Origin: Rhynchopus sp. YZ270_cl-10
Lineage: Eukaryota
Direction of reading: 5' to 3'
DNA length: 64,000 nucleotides
Assembly (NCBI GenBank): GCA_964035575.1
Contig: OZ037833.1
Span: 558,001 to 622,000, forward strand
How positions within the stretch are numbered: the first letter of the stretch is position 1; each line of letters opens with the position of its first letter. Below the pieces are notes generated by a model. That model was given only the letters and a program-made list of their open reading frames with translations, searched no databases and was not told where the DNA came from. Of this stretch, positions 12,081 through 24,177 are shown piece after piece. Position numbers and translations under genes: made by a program.

Positions 12081-14272
12081 TCAAGAGAAGGGGGCTTTGC
12101 AAGACCAGCAGCATGTGACGCGCGTGTTTTTGACTTGAACCCTGTCAGCACCGCATCGTTTGCAGGCCTTACCGTACTGTACAAGGGTGTGCGGGAGCTT
12201 GCATGGTTTCACTATGGCCTCAATGGGCTTCCGCCAAATTTCTGGTATCTCAATCTGATGGGCGATGTCCCTTCGAGCGTTGGCGGCCTGCACATCTTCC
12301 TCATATGTGTCTAGCGACTGAAGGGGAGGGGGTTTTGAGGTAAGCAAAAGAAAAGTGTGAACAATGGACCCCAGGGTTGAGAAAATTAGAGATTCTTCTC
12401 GGGGTCGGTGTTGTTGGGAAAAAGAGAGAGAGAGAGAAAATTTAACACATACCTGCGCAGTAAGACAGGACTTTTGATCAGGTCCGTCGAGCGTGATCCC
12501 ACCCAATGCCGAAGCCGCTGCGTCGGACTCATCCATTGTCGCAAAGGTGATGCTTCCCTGAAGTGAAAAATAATTAAAATTAGTAGGATCGGGGGGTAGG
12601 TAAGTAAAGTTGTTTTCGTTGATTGCACAAAATCCTCCCCCGGTTTGAGGAATGGTTTGGCGACCGTACTCCGGTAATACTATTTCTCCTTTATTTCTAA
12701 AGCAAGATTTAAGGAATAATAAAATCGGACCTTCAACCCAGATACATACATCCCTCCCCATCTTTGAAAACGAAACAACAAAATAACTGGGCTTTCATGC
12801 TAGGTTTCCTTTACAAAACAAAATACACATACCAGAAACGTTTGTTTGTTGTCTCTGTCCGGAAGCACAGCACAGAAGTGGATGGCACCGAGCGCGTGAG
12901 CCCTGCAGATTCTGATGAGCGTCATCCCGCTTGCACCCTCCGGGAGCCCGCGGATGGTGATGGTACGGTTCGCATAGGAAGGCCACTCCGCAAGGACGCC
13001 GTCGATAGACGCCATCTTCATTTCGTTTAGTTTGAAGTATTTGTCGTCCAGGTCGTTGTTCAGCTTGAACCTCGGCGCTGCGATAGACGGAGCAGGCAAC
13101 ACCGGCAACGCCGGCCCCGTCTCCTCCTCCACCACAATAATCTCCGGCCCCAGACTCGCTTTGAACGACGCACTCACCAACCTCCTCAGATTCCCACCCA
13201 ACAACTCCTTCGGTATTCTAGCATGCTCACATGCCACCCTTCTTGCCGATTCCAACACCGCTTCATCAGACGGACCTAACGTAGGTGGAGCAAAAAGGTC
13301 TATCTCTTCTTCCTCCTCCTCTTCCTTTTCCTGTGACGTATGGGCTTCGGGTTCATATTCCATGTCGTCCTTTTTAGGTTTTGCGAGGAACACAGATCGA
13401 ACGTATTTCTCTTTATTCGTCAGTCTCGTAGGCGCGGCAATAGGGGGCCCGACGGGTAGTGGGGGGTACCGTTCCTCATCCTCGGTTTTCCCATCCTTTG
13501 TCCTGAGGGGGAGCTGACGGAGTTTTAGGTGTCTTAACTTCATTGCGCGGACCTCCTCCCGCATTGTCTCCTGCGCAACGTGAGGAAGCAATTTCGGTTC
13601 ATATTCTGGTCTCTCCTCGCTGGAAGAAGGTGATTGGGACAATCCTTTATATGCAGGAGGAGGGACATGAGAGTCTTCACTGTTGCCTCTCCTCGGAGGT
13701 GAACCTCGCCTGAAACGTGAGTTTCTTTGCCCATCTTCCGCCTTTCGTTTCACACCACGCCTCTCTGGGGATGGAGTATCCACCCTCAACAACTCATTTG
13801 AGCGATGCGCAAAGCAGGGCACGGCACCCCAAGGGACATCGGACCGGGTGGTTCCGAAGGTCTGGATCGCTTCAATCGCATCAGGACGTTCGTAGAAAGA
13901 CACCAACGCCCCTTTTTCGGCGCGAAACGAATTAAAAGCGACCCCCGCAATGTCTCCGAAACGACGAAGATAAGCACGCACCTCGGTGATGGTGGTGCTC
14001 AAGGGAATCCGCGTGAGGGTCACATCATACGTCCCGTTAGGCTGCTCCCCACGATAGGAAGCATCTTTAGTAGCAAGATCTCGCAACTCCCGCTTTGCTT
14101 CCACAATACGTTGGGACCGCCACCGGTTGCCTGAGTGGCCGTGGCCGTTGGTGGAGTAGGTGTTGTTCATTGGTCCATTGGAGCCATCAGAACCATTCAC
14201 ACCATTCCGTGAATCAGCCGGCCTAGGAGGAGGCCCAGAAGGAAGCGGGGGTACAAAGCCCTCAGGCGCCAT
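12081..14272 (-). CDS. Two-RRM RNA-binding protein with C-terminal CxxC...CxxC zinc ribbon; join(12081..12317,12453..12557,12833..14272)
   Basis: RRM1 (VTLTRIPLSTTITEVRAYLRRFGDI...GALVSF). RRM2 is split by a phase-0 intron (ITIRGLPEG...QTFL|GSITFATMDESDAAASAL). C-terminus has CKRC...CWSC. GTATG donors and CAG acceptors are in frame. Confidence 0.8.
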
Positions 14273-14820
14273 ATTTGGGGGGAAAAAAAGAAGGAAATAG
14301 AGTGAGAGAGGGAGGGGGGAGGGAGGGGGGTTCCCCTGTAGGAGGAGTTTGAACAGTGTATCAAGAATGATGTGGTTTTCGTCCCCTGATTTTGCCCCTA
14401 TTCTGAAAATATCGGTTGGACAAAAAAAAATTCTGTGCAATATAGTATGAAATCTGTAGGAAATTCTGCAAAAAAACAAAAACAAAAAATGTCTTTCTAT
14501 GATAATCTATGAACCCTGGCAACCATTACGAAGCCAAATTATGAAACGTCCTCTACTAAGCAACACAACAAACATTGATAGAGGGTAAAAACCCCACCTT
14601 CGCAAAATACACCTATCATGGTGTGGCCGACGACCCCAAAATAGCAGAAAATAGCAGAAAGTAGCACAAAATAGCACCTCCTTTCAGCCGCACCAAAAAA
14701 AAATTCCAGATGCCCAGAATAGCAGAAAAATAGCACAAAAAAAATAGCACCCCCCTTTCCACCATATCAGATCTGTAGTAGTTTTTTACCCCAACCTATG
14801 CTTGTTGTGCTACTGCTTAT

Positions 14821-15339
14821 TCACATCTCTTCAAGCACACTTTGCGCAACATCTACGATCTCATGATGCGTGATATTCTCTGACGCTACACTATCAAAAC
14901 GAAACTTTGCCACAAACGTCTTACTCTCCGGACTCTCAAGGAGCGCAGGCAGCCAGTAACGATCATCAGCCCACATCCTATCATACGGAACGGCTGTGCG
15001 AGGGTACCACATAATGGGCGCCATCTCTTCAGATGCAGTAGGGTTCCCTGTGTACGCTGTGACCGTGAACAGATGGATTTCGAGGACCCGATCCTCCCCT
15101 TCATCAAACCAGAAGTACATCACCCCGGCCTTGCGCATTTCGGTGCCCCGTATCCCTGCCTCCTCCTCCAGCTCGCGTACGGTCGCCTCTCGGATAGTCT
15201 CCCCCGCCTCGACCTTCCCTCCAAACCCATTCCACTTCCCTGCCCCAAACCCCCGCGTCTTCCTCCCCAGCAACACTCCCTCCTCCGACAGCACGACAGC
15301 CAAGGTTAGTACCTTGCGCTTTCTGTTGGGCACCTCCAT
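14821..15339 (-). CDS. NUDT1: Nudix hydrolase, oxidized purine nucleoside triphosphatase (MTH1-like)
   Basis: VLLGRKTRGFGAGKWNGFGGKVEAGETIREATVRELEEEAG (Nudix box), SEEM, MWADDRYW. Confidence 0.93.
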   Translation of the reverse strand: MEVPNRKRKVLTLAVVLSEEGVLLGRKTRGFGAGKWNGFGGKVEAGETIREATVRELEEEAGIRGTEMRKAGVMYFWFDEGEDRVLEIHLFTVTAYTGNPTASEEMAPIMWYPRTAVPYDRMWADDRYWLPALLESPESKTFVAKFRFDSVASENITHHEIVDVAQSVLEEM

Positions 15340-15823
15340 GTCTATAAATTGTTTAGGAAGGGGAAATGAGGAAATGAGGAAAAGAGGAAAAGAGGAAATG
15401 AGAGGGTTCTTTTTTCTAAATAGCGGACCGTTATCTGTTTTTTCTTTTGAGGAGGTGTGAGGAAATCTAAAAAAAAAAGGGTGAGGAGAAAGGAAGGGGT
15501 TGATTTTGGTGTGCTAAATTCCTAATCAGTTTTTCTGGGAACGGTTGGTTCGCAAAAAGGTCTACACGGTGGATTGGCCAAGGCAAAGTAAAGCAAAGTC
15601 ATTGACCACTAAAACTGACTAATACATTTTCCCAGATTGACCGGTCAATGTATTGGTTATATGACCCTGACCAGTCCGCCGTGTACGGTGGTTTTACTTT
15701 TTTTTTTGAAAACTTGGTTGTATTGGTGTAGACACCCTGATGACGAGCTCTACTATTTTTCTTCTTTGTTTTCTTCCCCCCCGTGGTTTTTCTAATCATC
15801 GCAGGCTATCGTTGCAAAAGAGT

Positions 15824-16562
15824 CAGGGCGTTCGCCCCGGGGCGAAAAATATTTTTTTTCGTTAAAAAAAATTTTTCCTGAAAAAATGACATTTTATTTC
15901 GCCCCAGGGCTTCGCCCCACCGGGGCGAAACCCTGTATAAATAAATAAATAAATAAATAAATAAAAAAAGGGGAGAAAAAAAAATAAAGAGAGAGAGATT
16001 TCTCCCCACCACCCTGTCGACCCCCCGGAGGGGGGGTCGCAGAGGGGTGTCCACTGTTCCGCAAACCCGCCTGCCGTGAGAGGAAGTTTCCCCAGCACTC
16101 CCGCTCCTCAATCCTGCAGTCTGGTGAAGCCCCTGTTATAGAAGGTGTCACTACTCGTGTCAACTCTACCTTCAACGGCAGAGAGACGTTTTAGTTTATT
16201 GAAAATAATCAAAATAAGGATGAAGTCTCATATGACGGATGCCTCTCTCTTGTACATCTGTTTGATTAAACAACACAAAGAGACCCTCAGTGAGGGGGGA
16301 TTGATGAAATTCTCCATCGTTTTGCTGGTTTTAGTCAGGAAAGTGCAGCTGTAATAGCACTTGTGCTGGGGAAGGGATCACGCGCAAATCGCAAATTTTT
16401 TTTGACCACTCAGTACCAGGGATTCACCCCCCACGAACTAGCTTCTCTCCGGCGGAAAATTTTTTTTGACCTATTTTAAGCACTAGTAAAAAAGCAAAAA
16501 TTTCGGGTTTTTTGGCATTTCGCCACGATCAGGAAAAAACGATGGCGATAGCGAACGCCCTG
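15824..16562 (+). mobile_element. Internally deleted hAT element, copy 1
   Basis: 12-bp TIR CAGGGCGTTCGC, 8-bp TSD AAAAGAGT, remnant hAT dimerization domain (STAERRFSLLKIIKIRMKSHM). Confidence 0.93.
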
Positions 16563-17180
16563 AAAAGAGTTGCAAAAAAAAAGCTGCGACAGTTTATTTA
16601 TGTTTCCCCAATCAACATATAAACGTACAAATGCAAGACCAGAAGGGTGATTTTACTGAAAACTTTACAGTGACCACCTAATTGACGATCGCAGAGAGAG
16701 AATACGGTGTGCTCAAAATGTCAACCCAATAAACAGAGAGGGGCGACAATGCCTTCGGGAGCACACCACCTTTCCATAAAGAGCCGCCCACCACCCAAGG
16801 TGGGTTCTGTACTTCTTAAAGGTGAAGCAAAAAGAAAAGAGAAGTTGAAATATAAAAAATCTAAAAAATCTAAAGGGGAAAAACAGGAGCGGGGGGAATG
16901 GGGGGGGAAACCATATACATACACAATTGGCGCTTTTCCACAAAAATTTCTAATTTTTGTCCAGTCACAAACAAAAAGAACCTCACCAACACAGTAATGA
17001 AAAATATTTCCAAGGGAGTTCAACCCATTACTGGATATTTTCAACACAACACACACATGCCCCTACAAAATACATAAACCAATATTCATAGAGAGTAGTT
17101 GAAAGTGCAAACACCCTCTCTCTCTCTCTCTCTCATTGGTTATTGAACCCCAGAGAAAAAATCCCCCCTTTTATAATATT

Positions 17181-18342
17181 CTAGAAAGAAGCGTCACGGG
17201 CACGTCTGGGCGAGCCTTTTCCTGCGGCACCACGGTTGAATTTTTCTTGCGCCGCGCTGAAGCGGGCACGCGAGAGGCGCATCTGGTCGTTCTGGCGCTC
17301 CATCTTGACCTCTTCCTCAATGAGCTCCCGCTCGTCCGCACCGAGGGTAGATTTGCGCTGAGCAGCCTCCGCCGCCTGCGCCTGGAAGCGGTGTATGTCC
17401 TCCGCAAGCGCTGCGTTCTGTGCCTCAAGCGACTCCCTCTCACGCCGCAAATGCGCATCCTGGTCCTGGTTCGCACGCACCTCCTCTTGAATCTGCATGA
17501 TCTGTTTGTTTTTGTTGTTGTTTTTTTGGGGGGCAATGAGGAATTGTTGGAGTGTAGTTGCCACCACACTTAGTGAGAAAACATACCCTCCGTTGGATCT
17601 CCGCTTCTTCAGATGTGTTCCTACCTTTGAAGTACATGCAGTCCACTGTGTTCGGGTAGATCAACCCAAAGTTCTGCCACTCGTCATAGGTCACTTTGCC
17701 GTCTCTGTTGAGGTCCGCCTTGTAGAAAAGCTCGCCGATGGTGTTGGCGGAGAAGTCAAGACCACGCTCACGGAAGGCACGCTCAAAATCGCTGTGGTCG
17801 ATGAACCCACGACGCTGGTGGTCAATCTCCTCAAACACGATACGCACCTTCTCCGCACCAGGCAGGTCGTTCCTCTCTGCGTTCGCCCCAGAGTACCCTT
17901 GCTGCGCCGCTGGAACCGAACTCACCGCGTACGGTGCTGGCTGAGACGCATACTGCTGCTGCTGTGTGTGATGTGGGGGTGGATGAACCTGAGCGACGCT
18001 CACCCCGCCAGACGGTGGTCTCGGGGCCGGCAAATCCTGTTGGGTATCGATTGCCCAAGGTGTCTGAGGTTGAAAGACGTAGATCTGGTCGTATTCGTGC
18101 ATCTGGGTGCTGCTGATCAGGTCCACCCATTTCAGGAGAACGTCGTCATACACCTGAAGCCTGCTAACTCTGATACCCTCAGGCGGGCATTCCGCACCCT
18201 GCGGGCGGAGTGCATGCATTTCATTGGTAAACACCTCCTCAACCTTGCGGGTTAACTCCCCAATCGTCGGAAGTGCGGTGAACGTCAACTCCAAATTCAC
18301 CTTTGAACCAAACATATCCGCGCATACTAACAACGTGAACAT
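17181..18342 (-). CDS. BILBO1: BILBO1-like flagellar pocket collar protein (NTD, EF-hands, coiled coil); join(17181..17501,17587..18342), 358 aa
   Basis: N-terminus ADMFGSKVNLELTF...PTIGELTR...YDDVLLKWVDL...YDQIYVFQP resembles trypanosome BILBO1-NTD. EF-hands include DLNRDGKVTYDE. An 85-nt phase-0 intron precedes the coiled-coil exon. Confidence 0.85.
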
Positions 18343-18515
18343 TTTGTTTTATTCTTATCTCTTTTTCGTCAAAGATTCCTGAAAAAATGAGGGTGGGTGT
18401 GATAATGTTATCTCTCTGCATTGGTGTGCATCCAGTCGACCCGGGAGATTTCATTTTGAACATACATCTGGGCAAAGCAAAATTTGATTCGGTAATAGCA
18501 ATTTATCTACATTAT

Positions 18516-19271
18516 AACCAAAGATTTCTTGCTACAGTTTCTGTACTTCATTAACTTAACATATCTAACCACACCTGAACAAATCTTCCGAAAGCGTCGT
18601 CCTCCTAGGTGGATGACTAGGCTGTATATACCACATATAGCGCACTGTTGTGATGTGCGTCCCCTGGGAAGGGGGTGGGGAGCCGCCGGAGCCCTTCTCT
18701 GTTGAGGAGGCCCCCTGCACGGAAGCCATCAACGAAGACTGCACCCAGGAAGCCATCAACAAAGAAGGCATCAACGAAGGCATCAACAAAGAGAGGTGCA
18801 AAGCTTTTGGTCCATAATACATTGCGATATTATGCTGGGGCCATTATCGAAGATGATGGGAAGGTGAGTCTCAATTAAAGGAAAGGAGTCGCGAGGTGTT
18901 TCAGAAACATCTATGATGATGAGCAATGATGTGAATGGAGTAGAGGGGGGTGTTTGAAATGGATGAAGATGGAAAGTGTAGCAAAGGGAATGGTCGAGGT
19001 GCTTCAAGAATACTCAACATCGAGGATGCTGGAAAATTACGAGAGGAACAAGAGGCAGAGAGGGGAGAGGAGGGGAGGGGAGCCGAAAGGCGAGCTAGGG
19101 GGGAGCGAAGGAGAGCTCCGAGCGCTCGCGCATCCAGAGGAAGACGACGCTCAGGTACCCCCTCGGTTTTGTCCAAACGTGAGAATGCGCAGCTGTTTCG
19201 CTGCATGGCGACGTGAAAAGCAGTGGGAGGGGAGGGGGGATGATGAGAGGGGGTATGTGTTCTTTTTGTAG
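18516..19271 (+). pseudogene. Spliced-leader exon relic followed by a decayed reading frame (probable retrocopy of a trans-spliced mRNA)
   Basis: AACCAAAGATTTCTTGCTACAGTTTCTGTACTTCATT (18516-18552) contains the euglenozoan SL core CAGTTTCTGTACT, with no SL-intron GT after it. ORFs at 18675 and 18954 are in the same frame, separated by stops. Confidence 0.75.
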
Positions 19272-19726
19272 AAAAATTTAAAATCAACGGAAGAAAAAGT
19301 TGGGGGAAAGTTTTTTTTTTTTTTGATCGGTTTAGTGTAGCTGCCATTCAGACAGTCGCTATCCAGTTTTTTGTTTTGTTTTTTGCAAAGCGGCTCGCGG
19401 GCTTTGTACAAACATTCTTTCATTTTTTTTTTTTTTCCAAAGTAAAAAAAAAATCAACAAAAAAAGAAAAAAAGAAAAATATGCTGCAAACAAATGAAAG
19501 TTGAAATACAAAGCCAAAAAAAAACAGTGTATCTGCAAACCCGAACCCAACAAACAACACGTGTGTGGTGCCTACACGTTTGTCAAATTTTTGAAGAGAA
19601 AAGAAAAAAGAAAAAAAAAAAAATATCGAAAATGAAAGAGCAAGCGTTTACAAGGCCCCATAACACAGTACGCACGCATACTCCCCACAAAAGAAGAAAA
19701 AAAGAGAAATATTCAATTCATCCCAC

Positions 19727-20022
19727 TCTGTTGATTCTAAAAACGTAAAAATCGCGAAAACGGGAAAGGTGGGGAATTTGAATGAAAGTTGTTGTTTTTG
19801 CTGTGTGCTCTTTTTGTTTTGGTGGTCTTTAAAAATGTACTATAACCCGAAACGGGAAAGGTGGGGGAGGGTTGAAATATTGAACGCCTTCCCCACCCGC
19901 AAGAAAATAGCACAGCAAAAGCACCCCCTTTCAGCCACACCATCTGTTGATTCTGAAAACGTAAAAATCGCGAAAACGGGAAGTGGGGAAGGGTTGAAAT
20001 ATTGAACGCTTTCCCACCCGCA
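19727..20022. repeat. Local duplications containing family F and H motifs
   Basis: tctgttgattct...gaaaacgggaa at about 19727 and 19943; gggttgaaatattgaacgc...cccacccgcaa at about 19869 and 19991. Confidence 0.75.
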
Positions 20023-21146
20023 AACCAGATCACACTGTGTACAAAGGTTTGGGTTTGTATAGGGTGGGTTCTACTTCTTATAAAAAAACCTTTTTTTTTT
20101 TTTTTCGAAAAAAAAAAAATATAAAAATTTCTCTCCAGAGATTGAACATTACCAAAGAAAAACCTATGATTGTCATCCTCACATGTTGTGTTTTTTTGCT
20201 TGAGAATTTGAAGAAGAAAAAAAAGTCCGGAAGAATGAGAGGTGAAGCCCCTATTACGGATTACTCCACCCCACCAATTTTTTTAAAAGTTTTTTTTTTT
20301 TTGACAAAAATAATTGGCGAAAGGTAGTCATCGTGACAAAAGTCCATTCCCAAAAGAGGGTGTTTACATAGGTGAGTCAGCACCCCCTAAAGGCAAGACC
20401 GTCTGTATAACAACTACACAAAAAAGCCAGAGTATCAAAAAAAAAAGAAGAAACAAGCCCATTGACTGATCGATTGAAAGATACGAACAGGATGTTTTTA
20501 CTGTGGGTAAAATTTGAGAATGATTTATTTGAAAAACAGTTTTGTGGCTGATTTTTTTTTGTCGCATTTTTTCTTTGAACCACCTAAATTAGCAGGGTGT
20601 TGGGAGGCGTTGGGAGGGGCTGCTATTTTTTTTGGAATTCAGGTGGTCAAAATAAAAAATGTGTTCTTTTAGATCGTCTTCAGAGGGTTTGGGTGTTATT
20701 TTTTTGGACCCTTTTTTAAAAAAGGAATAAAAAAAAGTTGAAGCAAATATGCTCAATATAAAAATGTTGCTTAAAACACACAGCCCTCGCGAGACAAATG
20801 TACCTTGGCGAATGACCTTAGCCTGGCCTGCTTTGTTTGCCTTTAAAAAACGATTCGTTCTTTTGGGGAAAATCTGAAACGGAGGATAAAAAATACTCCG
20901 TATTTTCTTTTAGTCTTTGGGGGGGAGGGAGTAAAATAAAAAAGGGGGGTTTTTTTTTGCACAAATAAAAACAATATAGAGATAGATTGCGGGGTTGAAG
21001 GAAAATATGTCGGCGCGCGATGGAGTGGGAGCTCACGGCGAGAAAGGGGTGGAGGAGGGGGTTTGAAAGTTTTGTTTGTTTGTTTGTTTTTTTGTTGTTT
21101 TTTTATTTTTGCGAAAGGGGTGGAGGGGGTGTGTTATCAAAAGCTA

Positions 21147-21325
21147 CACTGCGGACTAGTCAGGGGGACTACTAGTGGAGTTTGAATATGTATGTGGGGA
21201 CTAAGTGGAACTACTAGTCATAACAACTAGTGCTAAACTCGTAGTGTTACTGGTGGAACAATACTCGTAAAACACTAGTCATTTGGAGTAGCACTACTAG
21301 TAGTCCTCCTGACTAGTCCGCCGTG
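21147..21325. mobile_element. MITE, ACTAGT-rich, CAC...GTG termini with TA flanks
   Basis: TIR cactgcggactagtcagggggactactagt / actagtagtcctcctgactagtccgccgtg. Degenerate relative at about 7975-8095. Confidence 0.75.
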
Positions 21326-23209
21326 TAGTGGCAAACGTCATTTAAAAAAAAACCCCCCCAAAAAAAATGGCGTGAATAGTGTTTCTGACTATATCCACTC
21401 ATACCCTCCAAAAACCGTCCCAGGCCCCGAGTTTCCCCTTGATTAGAGAGAATCGTAAGCCTCGTGCTTGGTCGCTACAAAAAGGAGGGGGTTTGCGGGC
21501 TCAAAAAAAAAAATAATAATAATAATAATAAGTCGCTCTGATTTGCCTTAGGGGGTGTGGCTTTTGTATCTAGTTTGTTTTCTTGATCGTTTTTTTTTCC
21601 CTTTTTTCTGTCGTTAAGTCAGTCGAACCACAAAACTGCACTTCCGCGCTGTGAATCGGTTCTTTTGTTTCAATGTTTGTTTCGTTCTTTTTTGCGTTGT
21701 TTTATTTATTGGTTTTTTTTATTTTTTTGCTATTAGGGAATGCGAATGTCCCTCTGAGTTTTATTTTTTATTTTTTTGATAAATTGTCGGATTAGTGTAG
21801 TTGCCTTGTGTTGCCACAGTTTTGTGCAAATCTCCACTTTCACCACTTTTTTTGAAATACAAAAGCCCTCTCGAGTGTACCTTGGTACGTGACCGGTGCA
21901 GTCTTACATCCATTTCGTGGTTTGCATCTGATATCCCCTCGCTAAAGAAAAATAGAAGAAGAAGAAGAAGAAGAAGAAGAAGAAGAAGAAGAAGACAGGA
22001 GAAACAGGTAAGATGACCAAGCTTCATCTTTGCTTCAGTATAAAAAAAAAACTGACATTGTCAGACATAATGAGTTACGTTCTGTTAGTTTGCTTCCCTT
22101 TTGTGTGTATTTCTAGGTCTATATCTGAGCACAACACGGATCTCTTCAACAGAATGTTCGGACAATTTGTGTGCTATGCTTATTGATTTGCAAGAGGTAC
22201 ACGACTGTGAAGTAAATGAATTGCCTTGTGGTATTCCATTGGTGATGTCACCGTGTAAGCCAACGGTGAAACTACAAAGACAAACCACAAAATCAAATCA
22301 GTTACTTCATTGTCGTCACAAAGACAGCAGAATGCAAAAACCACCGTTCATACGGTAGAGAGAACATCCAAGAGAGAACAACGGTGAAGTGCATGATTTC
22401 ATTGACTTGAGTCTTACAACGGTGAAACCCACAAAGTAAAACCACAAAGTCAAGGTCATTTACTTCACTGTCGTATAAAAGTATGTCCATGCTGCGATAA
22501 GACCGATTGGTGCTAATTGTACAAAACTTCAGACACACGGGGAAACAACACCCAACAATTTTTTTCTTCTTCGAGGTGTACAAAAACAATATTGCGCTGA
22601 ACTTTAGCTGAGTCACCTTATAAGAGGGAAAGCATTAGATTCATATACTTTCAGTTCACAGAATTGAAAGTATTTGAGAGGGTCACCACATGCACCCTTT
22701 CTTTTTGGAAAGCAAAAAAAGGTAGAAGGAGGAAGGGAAAAGAGGGTTTTCCCCGAAGGAAAAAAAAAACACACAGCACAACAAAAAAAGAGAGGAAGAC
22801 AAAGCATTTGAAAGATATGTGATTATTTGATTGCGTATAATCTAAAAACCCTCCAAGGTTAGGATGTAGGAACGGCACACAACATTTTTTAGAAGATGGA
22901 CTTAAGCCTCTCGGGATTAGTCACCTTGAATACAAAAAGAAAAGAAAAAAAAGCTCTCCCCAAACCATTCCATTGTGCCACCTGCTTGCCCCATTTGAAA
23001 AGAAGAAAAAATACCGTTGATAGACGAATGTGCCGCATGCGTACACATCTGAAAAAAGATGGAGTTTTTTTTTTGTACAAAATAATCGGAATGAACCTGA
23101 ACTGAGTTTCCAAAACACACAATTTTCAATCTTTTTTTTTCTCCTTTTTTTTTTTTGCAGGATCCGAGTGGATAGCTGCAGATCGTTCAAATTGTCTACA
23201 ATAGCATTA

Positions 23210-24177
23210 GGGCTTAGTTATTTTTTTTTTTTGGTACGCGTCCGGGACCCCCCTCAAATTTTGAGCGCGCGCGCGCAAAAAAAAATAAAATACCAAAAAA
23301 AAAATAACTTGTTTTGGCTGCAAAATCAATGTTGTGCCCAAAAAAAAATATTTCAAAAAAAAAAAATATTCGGAAAAAAAAATTGTTGAAATTTTCCAAC
23401 TTTTTTTTTTATACTTTTCTATGCACACCACACCGGCATATTTTTTTTTATTTTATATCACTAGTGAAATAAAGTCTCTGTGCATTTCTGATTTTTACCT
23501 GTAAAAGTGAGTGACGTAAAGTGGACTTTATGTCACTCACTTTCACTTTAAACTACTCATTTTGTACAGGCGTGACCTAGACGAATGAAGAAAAGTAAGT
23601 CTAACTAGTGAAATAAAGTTACTTTTCTTCACTCCACACTTTTGGGCGACTTTACCGTATTCTGGTTGAAATTTTGGCCTGACAATTTTTTTCTGGATTT
23701 GGTCAATCTGAGGGCTTTTTTGGATTTTTGAGCCATTTTATGACGCGCCACTATTCCACAAACCCGCAGATTCTTCACTACAGCATGTTGTCACACAATA
23801 CGGTACCCACTTTTACAGGTAAATATCAGAAATGCACCTCGACTATTTCACGCGTAAAATAAAATTACGTATTTGGCACAATAGTGCACTTTCCTTCACC
23901 TCGGTGGTGGTCCTGTCGAAGCTGAAGCTTGTTGCCACTCGCTTCGCTCGTGGCAACAACTCGAACTTGATGTGACTCGCTTCGCTCGTCACATCAAGTT
24001 ATTTACTGCACTCGCTTCGCTCGTACAGTAAGCCTTTCAGCTCCGACGTCCCACCACCTCAGTGACGTAAAGTACACTTTATTTCACCAAATAAATAGTC
24101 TTTTAATTTTTTATTTTTGGATTTCCAAAAATTTGAGCGCGCGCGGACGCGTACCAAAAAAAAAAATAACTAAGCCC
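23210..24177. mobile_element. PIF/Harbinger-type non-autonomous element
   Basis: TIR of about 33 bp (gggcttagtta-Tn-ggtacgcgtccg) and TTA target duplication (23207-23209, 24178-24180). Confidence 0.88.

Noticed and set aside
12598..12720. Family A as group II intron domain V, SL RNA or an H/ACA guide for LSU GGGUUUAGACCGU
   Set aside because: No paired DV stem, no SL exon, and no lower stem or conserved ACA/AGA box at the right distance.
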